A model generated the notes under the pieces. It saw only the letters and a program-made list of their open reading frames with translations. It was not told the DNA's origin and made no database searches. Position numbers and translations under genes: made by a program. Below are positions 32,184 through 37,580 of a stretch of DNA of 37,580 nucleotides, in pieces. Each line of letters begins with the position of its first letter. Position 1 is the first letter of the stretch. The stretch lies in IMG/VR virus record IMGVR_UViG_3300045988_049599. One strand, given 5' to 3'. The stretch is from a virus.

Positions 32184-32447
32184 CTATGCCAATTCAATAC
32201 CTGGGAAGATGTCGTCATAGACTTCTGTTTTGCGGATCATCCCCGTCCGGTTCACGGCCCGGGCGCGAAGCCAGGCAATCATGCTCGTACGCTCAAAGAC
32301 GTACGTATGCCCTTCCCGGCAACATGGCGCCCCTTCATAGATCCATTGGTCGACGACTTCTTTACTGCGCCCTGTGACTTCCGCCAATTCCTTGCGGTTC
32401 CAAGTCAGTTGGTCGCTCAATTTCATCGGTTCCAGCTTCTTTTCCAT
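32184..32447 (-). CDS. Excisionase/MerR-type HTH DNA-binding protein
   Basis: 87 aa. LTWNRKELAEVTGRSKEVVDQWIYEGAPC...YVF...MIAWL is the typical pattern. Confidence 0.5.
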   Translation of the reverse strand: MEKKLEPMKLSDQLTWNRKELAEVTGRSKEVVDQWIYEGAPCCREGHTYVFERTSMIAWLRARAVNRTGMIRKTEVYDDIFPGIELA

Positions 32448-32461
32448 ACTATCGCCCCTTT

Positions 32462-32611
32462 TTACTTCCCCATCATGAATATTGCAATATGCAAAACGAG
32501 GATTAAGACGTTAATCGCGGTGATTCGCTCCGCTTTTTTATTGATTCGCTCCGCTTTTTCATTAATTTGCTTCATTTCGGCCCATGGCCCGTCATTTATT
32601 TGATTTCCCAT
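32462..32611 (-). CDS. Small protein with a C-terminal TM helix (49 aa; below the ORF-track cutoff)
   Basis: Hand translation: MGNQINDGPWAEMKQINEKAERINKKAERITAINVLILVLHIAIFMMGK. It contains an in-frame 21-nt direct duplication (32521-32538 / 32542-32559). Confidence 0.35.
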   Translation of the reverse strand: MGNQINDGPWAEMKQINEKAERINKKAERITAINVLILVLHIAIFMMGK

Positions 32612-32680
32612 GTGGTTGCCTCTCTCTATTGCGGCTTTCTTCTCTTCGTGCTACAATATCTGTAGACTTATCTTTTTTGT

Positions 32681-33178
32681 TCACTTCCCGCATAAGAGCC
32701 GTTCGGTTGCCGCCGAGCGGTTCTTTTTTTGTGTCCGTTTCGGACATGTCAGATAGAGCGTCAATCCTTTGCCGGCTAAATCAAAGATTTTCTCTACAAT
32801 GGGACTCAGGCCCCTTTCTTCGGCCATGGTGATTTTGTCATCACAGCAGATACGTTCGAGCCGGATGCAGTCGCTGTTCGCATCGGCCAGGGCTACATGA
32901 TACTGCATGGCCCCGGCCGCGACGCCGGGAATTTTTCCGATTTTCGGCAGGATCATCCTGCCGACTGCCGATTCTTTCGACAAATATGCATAGCCGAGAC
33001 ACGGATTTTCAAAGACCTGCATCATGCCGGCAACCATGTCGTCACCTGGCAGAATTTCCCCGCTTTCATACTTTGCGTACGTCCTTACGGATACGTTCAG
33101 CGCTTCCGCTGCCCTCTCCTGCGTCATTCCCGCATCTTTGCGGGCTTTTTTGATTTCAATCCCGAACCGTTTTGTCAT
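32681..33178 (-). CDS. XRE-family HTH transcriptional regulator with an extra C-terminal domain
   Basis: Start chosen at MTKRFGIEIKKARKDAGMTQERAAEALNVSVRTYAKYESG (33178), with AGGAGG upstream. The ORF track gives 33253. Confidence 0.65.
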   Translation of the reverse strand: MTKRFGIEIKKARKDAGMTQERAAEALNVSVRTYAKYESGEILPGDDMVAGMMQVFENPCLGYAYLSKESAVGRMILPKIGKIPGVAAGAMQYHVALADANSDCIRLERICCDDKITMAEERGLSPIVEKIFDLAGKGLTLYLTCPKRTQKKNRSAATERLLCGK

Positions 33179-33215
33179 GGTGTAACGCCTCCTTTCGGCT
33201 ACAATATAAGTAGCC

Positions 33216-33485
33216 CTACAAAATCCAGTCGCCGGCCTGGCGAAAGATGTCATACATCATGGCCGCTGCGTTATCGCAGGCGATGTTGACATACCGTTTA
33301 GATCCAGACAGCAGATCTATAATTTCCACGGTTTCATCGTTCATCAATCGCAAGTAAAAATGCTTGTCCGCTTCTCTTAGCGCTTCTTCAAACGCTCTTA
33401 GCGTCCGTAATTTCTGTTGGAAATCGGCTTTTACGAGTTCATGTTCATTCTTTTCCAACTTCATCGTTATTTTTATGTCTTCCAT
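33216..33485 (-). CDS. Hypothetical protein
   Basis: 89-aa ORF in the early operon. Confidence 0.5.
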   Translation of the reverse strand: MEDIKITMKLEKNEHELVKADFQQKLRTLRAFEEALREADKHFYLRLMNDETVEIIDLLSGSKRYVNIACDNAAAMMYDIFRQAGDWIL

Positions 33486-33488
33486 TTT

Positions 33489-33737
33489 TTACCCTTTCTC
33501 TAATTCAAATGTTTCCTTAGCTCTCTTTTTGACGCTTTCAACGTCCAAGCCTGGGACCAAGTGCCGACAAATTACTTCCGCTTCTTCGGCGGCAAATTCC
33601 GAGACTTGGGCCATGATCCGGGCCTGCTTGCTCTTGTCGTTCTTCATGTTCGCCTGGGTGCGCAAACGCCTTAAATAGTTGAAATACAAGTTATTTTCTA
33701 AAAATTCTTTTTCCTTCTTATTCACAATCTCGTCCAT
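33489..33737 (-). CDS. Hypothetical protein
   Basis: 82-aa ORF in the early operon. Confidence 0.5.
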   Translation of the reverse strand: MDEIVNKKEKEFLENNLYFNYLRRLRTQANMKNDKSKQARIMAQVSEFAAEEAEVICRHLVPGLDVESVKKRAKETFELEKG

Positions 33738-33931
33738 CCTTTCTTAACTGCCAGTTCATCGCAACGTCGTTTTGCTTCATCCCAGGTTGTGCATAACGGA
33801 ACGGATTTCATTCGATGCCAGCCGCCGCCCGTCTTCTTCTGATAGCAAATAGCATATGATTCGCTACCGATGAGCGGTATAGCCGCGTAACACCATCCCC
33901 GTTTATCTACATATTCTCTATATTCTTCCAT
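33722..33931 (-). CDS. Hypothetical protein
   Basis: 69-aa ORF in the early operon, with SD AAGGAG upstream. Confidence 0.5.
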   Translation of the reverse strand: MEEYREYVDKRGWCYAAIPLIGSESYAICYQKKTGGGWHRMKSVPLCTTWDEAKRRCDELAVKKGWTRL

Positions 33932-33943
33932 GGTTTCATCTCC

Positions 33944-34087
33944 TTAGCTTCTGCCGATGAGCAGTAGAAATTCAAAAAACGTCATGTGTTCTTTGAGCAT
34001 CCCGTTGTAGTAAATCCAGTACTCGATGCCCAGGGCCATAATAGCGAGTAGCACAACGACCATAATTTCCATGATTTTTAGCTTCAT
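33944..34087 (-). CDS. Small hydrophobic membrane peptide (47 aa; below the ORF-track cutoff)
   Basis: Hand translation: MKLKIMEIMVVVLLAIMALGIEYWIYYNGMLKEHMTFFEFLLLIGRS. SD GGAGAG lies upstream. Confidence 0.35.
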   Translation of the reverse strand: MKLKIMEIMVVVLLAIMALGIEYWIYYNGMLKEHMTFFEFLLLIGRS

Positions 34088-34123
34088 TCGTTTTTTCTCT
34101 CCGTTACTTTCTATTTCAGCAAG

Positions 34124-34324
34124 TTATTGGGTATAAAAATCATTAATACTACATTTTAGTTTCTTCGCCATTATTGGCAACATATTCGCATCAAACGTAT
34201 AATCCCCATGCTCATATTTCCAGTATGTTGACCCATTTTTTAATCCAAATGCTTTAGCCATTTCATCAATAGTGATTCCTAATGCTTTTCTTCGTTCATG
34301 GATATATGCTAAATTTAATTTCAT
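34124..34324 (-). CDS. Cro-like XRE-family HTH regulator
   Basis: 66 aa (IHERRKALGITIDEMAKAFGLKNGSTYWKYEHG). It is divergent from the CI-like gene. Confidence 0.7.
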   Translation of the reverse strand: MKLNLAYIHERRKALGITIDEMAKAFGLKNGSTYWKYEHGDYTFDANMLPIMAKKLKCSINDFYTQ

Positions 34325-34348
34325 TATATCACCTCATTATTTCTATTT

Positions 34349-34438
34349 TAGAAAGTTTCTATATCTGTAATATACACTTTCCAATTCAGAAAGTCAATGC
34401 TTTAACTTGTTATTTTGGAAATTTTTCGCTTTCCAAAA
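34349..34438. promoter_or_regulatory. Immunity switch region: early promoter plus candidate operators
   Basis: Minus-strand promoter: -35 TTGACT (34397-34392), 17-nt spacer, -10 TATATT (34374-34369). Palindrome TAGAAAGTTTCTA lies at 34349-34361, and half-site AGAAAGT recurs at 34388-34394. Inverted repeat TTTTGGAAA-N8-TTTCCAAAA lies at 34413-34438. Confidence 0.5.
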
Positions 34439-34488
34439 CGGAAATATTATATAATCTAATTATCATTGGAATAAGGGGGTGAACCATA

Positions 34489-34986
34489 ATGACTACAGGC
34501 GAAAGAATCCGGAACATTCGTGAAGATAAAGATATTCTCCAACAAGAATTAGCAGATGCTATTGGCATGAATGTCAGTGTATTAAGTCGAATAGAAAAAG
34601 GAACTCGTCCAATTCGAGACGATGAACTTATTAAAATCGCGAACAAACTATCTGTCTCATCTGATTATCTCTTAGGCATAGCCACTTCCCCTTCGTCCAC
34701 TATTCCCGTTTCCTTGACTACTACGGAAAAAGATATACTTCATTTTTATCGCCAGCTTGATGAACGAGACCAAGGCGCTATTTATGGTGAAATGAAGGGT
34801 ATGCTTCGCGCCGAAAAATATCGTCATAATTTTGATTCTATCCAAGATACCACTACATCTATACATGAAGCGCCTAGTGATTTTTCGATTGCCGCATCAG
34901 GCCTTGATGAAAATATCCAAGCTGGCAATGAAAACATGGAACTCATCAAGAAGCGTGTCAGTGAACTTGTGAAAAAACAAAAATAA
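34489..34986 (+). CDS. CI-like prophage repressor (XRE-family HTH)
   Basis: 165 aa. It has an N-terminal HTH (IRNIREDKDILQQELADAIGMNVSVLSRIEKG) and SD GGGGGTGA. It is followed by the ImmA-like gene. Confidence 0.75.
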   Translation: MTTGERIRNIREDKDILQQELADAIGMNVSVLSRIEKGTRPIRDDELIKIANKLSVSSDYLLGIATSPSSTIPVSLTTTEKDILHFYRQLDERDQGAIYGEMKGMLRAEKYRHNFDSIQDTTTSIHEAPSDFSIAASGLDENIQAGNENMELIKKRVSELVKKQK

Positions 34987-34999
34987 AGTAGGTGACGCC

Positions 35000-35446
35000 A
35001 TGAATTATTGCGATATGTTAGATTTATGCTATCGTGAAGGCATTGTCCTATCAGTCGAAAATTTTAAACCGCCATTAAATGGTATTTATATATCATGTGA
35101 TGGCCTCCACGCCATTATGTTGGCTAACCGTATCCTTGATAATATTCCGCTGCGCAACGTCGTTTTAGCCGAAGAAATCGGCCATCATTTCACATTGGCC
35201 GGCAATAACCTTCCCACAGAACATTGGAATCGACTGAACCGCTGTAATTATAGTAAAGATGAAGCTCGTGCGATTCGATGGGCCGCTATTCATCTCATAC
35301 CGGCTCACGAACTCATGCAAGCATTACGTGACGACATTATAACAGTTCCTGAATTAGCAGAATACTTCCAAGTTACTCCGTCATTTGTGGTTTATCGAAT
35401 GTCCTTGCCCGATGCTCAGCGTTTTCAATATCAATATATTATGTAA
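35000..35446 (+). CDS. ImmA/IrrE-like protein with a non-canonical metal motif
   Basis: 148 aa in the position of ImmA after the repressor. The motif is LAEEIGHHF, where HExxH is expected. Confidence 0.5.
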   Translation: MNYCDMLDLCYREGIVLSVENFKPPLNGIYISCDGLHAIMLANRILDNIPLRNVVLAEEIGHHFTLAGNNLPTEHWNRLNRCNYSKDEARAIRWAAIHLIPAHELMQALRDDIITVPELAEYFQVTPSFVVYRMSLPDAQRFQYQYIM

Positions 35447-35474
35447 ATATTTTTTTAGTAAAGGGAGTGGTATC

Positions 35475-36266
35475 ATGTATACTTTTTTCAATGCCTTGAT
35501 TTTCATTACTTTCATTATGTTTATTGCATCATTAATTAAGCCTAAATGGGGTACATTCGGAAAGCGTCCAGACCTTAAAAGAAAGCAAATCAGTACTGTT
35601 TACTTTATTTTGCTTATGTTATTTACGGCTGCGGCTAATGCAACTACCCCAGAAGATATTAAAATTGCTAATCAAGAGAAGGCGGAACAACAAAGAATCG
35701 AACAAGACCAGAAAAAGTTTGCAGATAATAATGTATTCTGTAAATATTATGGTTTTACAGTTGAACAAGCTAAGGCTATTGATTCTGCACTTGAATCCGT
35801 CGGCATTGCTTCTGTAAAAGATTCGACAAAACAGTCCGATAATGTTTATTATTTATCCGTTTCAGCAAAAGATGACGGTTATTCTCCAGCCGATAATTCC
35901 ATCCACCTTTTTTTAGATAATGATAGAAATGTCACTGCTATTAAACTAAATGCAATCACACTGTATGAAAATGGGGCCCCAGTACATCAAGTTAACGATT
36001 TTCTTTTAAAACCCAGTGAACAAGCTACTATGATAACAAAATCGGAAGAAATGGTTAAAAAAGTTCTTAAAGCTCCAAGTTCTGCAAAGTTTGATTCTAG
36101 TACATATAAATTCTATAAAAAAGATGGTATAGCTACCCTGATAGGCACAGTTGACGCACAAAATAGTTTTGGTGCTATGTTGCGGTCTAACTTTAAAGTC
36201 CAGTTTGATGTTAATAATGATTTCAAACCAATTCATATGACATTTGATGCAAAAGAACTTTTCTAA
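35475..36266 (+). CDS. Membrane-anchored hypothetical protein in the lysogeny module; candidate superinfection-exclusion protein
   Basis: Start chosen at MYTFFNALIFITFIMFIASLI (35475) after AAGGGAG. It has two N-terminal hydrophobic helices followed by a soluble domain. The coding sequence is visibly AT-rich. Confidence 0.6.
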   Translation: MYTFFNALIFITFIMFIASLIKPKWGTFGKRPDLKRKQISTVYFILLMLFTAAANATTPEDIKIANQEKAEQQRIEQDQKKFADNNVFCKYYGFTVEQAKAIDSALESVGIASVKDSTKQSDNVYYLSVSAKDDGYSPADNSIHLFLDNDRNVTAIKLNAITLYENGAPVHQVNDFLLKPSEQATMITKSEEMVKKVLKAPSSAKFDSSTYKFYKKDGIATLIGTVDAQNSFGAMLRSNFKVQFDVNNDFKPIHMTFDAKELF

Positions 36267-36334
36267 TTTTACAGCGATTGATTTAGAATCGGCCCGTATT
36301 CAAAAGATCTGTAAAAGATAGGTGGTGATGACAG

Positions 36335-37411
36335 ATGAAAAAACGACCAGACGGCCGCTATAAGGTTTCCGCTACGATAGGCGGTAAACGGCGCTACTTT
36401 TACGGCCGGACCATCAAGGAAGCGGAACAGCGTCGCGACCAATTCAAAAATGCACTCCACGCTGCGCCTAACGTCGATTATAATATTACCCTGGGTCAAT
36501 GGCTGTCTATATGGCTACGAGGCGCCAGGGCGACTCTGGCAGAGGATACATTTGATTCTTACGTCTTTCAGCTGAGCCGCTACGTACTGCCGACGCTGGC
36601 TAAGGTAAAATTGATTGAGCTACAGCCGCACATGTTCCGCGACCTGATTGCCTCCCTGCTCTCCCAGGGATACAGCAATCGCACGGTACAATATGCGATA
36701 GCCGTGGTCCGAATCGGACTGCGTCAGGCCGTCAATGATGGCATCATCCCGACGTATCCGCTCCGCGGCGTCAAGCTTCCGACTGTAACCCATGACAAAG
36801 TGCTGGCATTGACCAGGGACGAGGCGGCCCGCTTCCTGGCGGCCGTCCCGAATCCCAAGCATCACAACCTGTACTGGGTCGCCCTGTATACAGGCCTGCG
36901 CCGGTCCGAACTGCTGGGCCTCCGCATCAATGACATCGACGTAAAAAATAAAACGCTCACGGTCAATCAAACGGTCCTCAATGTCGGCGGAAACGTCGTA
37001 ATCAGCCAGACGACGAAAAACAAGTCGTCTCATCGGACGATTTCCATTGATGATCAGACGCTGTCCGTCATCCGGAACCAGGAAAAAATAATCTTCAAGG
37101 AGCGCATGGCTTCCATGAACTACGAAAACAATAACTTGCTCTTTGCCCGGCCCGATGGGCGGCCGTATGATCCAAAATACATTTCCCGCCGCACGAAAGC
37201 CTACGGCCGCAAGGCGGGGATGCCGGAAGCTTTCTCTTTCCATACCCTCCGTCATACCCATGCGACGCTCCTGGTCAAAGCCGGCGTCCACTTCAAAGTC
37301 ATCCAATACCGCCTGGGCCATGCCACCTTTGCCCAGACCATGGACACATACAGCCACATCACGCCGGCCATGGAAAGCAGCGTCGTCGACAAACTCCGTG
37401 ACCTCATCTGA
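36335..37411 (+). CDS. int: Tyrosine-type site-specific integrase
   Basis: 358 aa. It has an N-terminal SAM-like domain and catalytic-region motifs RRSELLGLR, HTLRHTHATLL and LGHATFAQTMDTYSH. It lies adjacent to attR. Confidence 0.9.
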   Translation: MKKRPDGRYKVSATIGGKRRYFYGRTIKEAEQRRDQFKNALHAAPNVDYNITLGQWLSIWLRGARATLAEDTFDSYVFQLSRYVLPTLAKVKLIELQPHMFRDLIASLLSQGYSNRTVQYAIAVVRIGLRQAVNDGIIPTYPLRGVKLPTVTHDKVLALTRDEAARFLAAVPNPKHHNLYWVALYTGLRRSELLGLRINDIDVKNKTLTVNQTVLNVGGNVVISQTTKNKSSHRTISIDDQTLSVIRNQEKIIFKERMASMNYENNNLLFARPDGRPYDPKYISRRTKAYGRKAGMPEAFSFHTLRHTHATLLVKAGVHFKVIQYRLGHATFAQTMDTYSHITPAMESSVVDKLRDLI

Positions 37412-37427
37412 CCCCCGTCTTGACCCC
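37409..37427 (+). promoter_or_regulatory. Two direct TGACCCC repeats; candidate arm-type integrase sites in the P arm
   Basis: TGACCCC at 37409-37415 (overlapping the int stop codon) and at 37421-37427. The same heptamer occurs three times at 94-135. Confidence 0.35.
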
Positions 37428-37533
37428 GCGCCTACAGTTTTACTCCGTTTTACTGCGCTCTACAGCGTCTTTCCATCCATTCCCAGTAGCTTAAAATGGC
37501 ATAAATAAGCCATTCCTGCCAATCAAAATTGAA

Positions 37534-37580
37534 GACTCTTAATCAGGGTGTCCAGGGTTCGATCCCCTGATGGTCCACCA
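37534..37580 (+). repeat. attR core: exact copy of positions 1-47 (displaced tRNA-Lys 3' end)
   Basis: 47/47 identity with 1-47. The upstream bases (TTGAA before GA) cannot form the CCTGA anticodon-stem strand, so this copy is not part of an intact tRNA. Confidence 0.9.

Larger units (their letters stand above)
1..37580. mobile_element. Integrated temperate prophage with an HK97-like head module and a PBSX/Xkd-like contractile tail, bounded by attL and attR
   Basis: Exact 47-bp direct repeats at both window ends. Integrase lies next to the right repeat. A full set of lysogeny, replication, packaging, head, tail, fibre and lysis genes lies between the repeats. Confidence 0.9.

Noticed and set aside
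32521-32559. Direct repeat TGATTCGCTCCGCTTTTT x2 as replication iterons
   Set aside because: There are only two copies, spaced exactly 21 nt apart (7 codons) inside a plausible small ORF, giving KAERI/KAERI. An in-frame coding duplication is the simpler explanation.
37534-37580. Right-hand repeat as a second, complete tRNA gene
   Set aside because: The bases upstream of the repeat cannot form the anticodon stem, and no D-arm or acceptor 5' strand (GGACCAT) is present. It is only the displaced 3' fragment (attR).

Overview
The window is one complete integrated temperate prophage of about 37.5 kb. It is bounded by an exact 47-bp direct repeat (1-47 and 37534-37580) that is the 3' part of a tRNA-Lys(CUU) gene. 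Nearly all genes lie on the minus strand. The exception is the plus-strand lysogeny block at the right end: CI-like repressor, ImmA-like protein, membrane protein and tyrosine integrase (34489-37411). Reading the minus strand from right to left: Cro-like switch and early genes (34324-31049), including a YneA-like LysM protein. C5 DNA methyltransferase, HUH Rep-like protein and RusA-like resolvase (30653-27186). A sigma-region-4-like late regulator (27179-26718). HNH, terS, terL, portal, protease and HK97-type capsid (26436-20911). Head-tail joining genes (20897-19340). A PBSX/Xkd-like contractile tail and baseplate (19336-9382). Tail-fibre genes (9385-6193). A complete diversity-generating retroelement, DGR (6181-2992). 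A lysis cassette (2995-1733). Small accessory genes next to attL (1603-185). The main finding is the DGR: a target gene with a C-terminal variable region (VR), a GC hairpin, an Avd-like gene, a 108-nt template repeat (TR) and a reverse transcriptase. TR and VR differ at 18 positions, and every one is an adenine in the TR coding strand. A decayed second VR-bearing gene fragment sits in a partly duplicated fibre module. All functions are assigned from motifs read by eye in the supplied translations and from gene order. No database search was possible.
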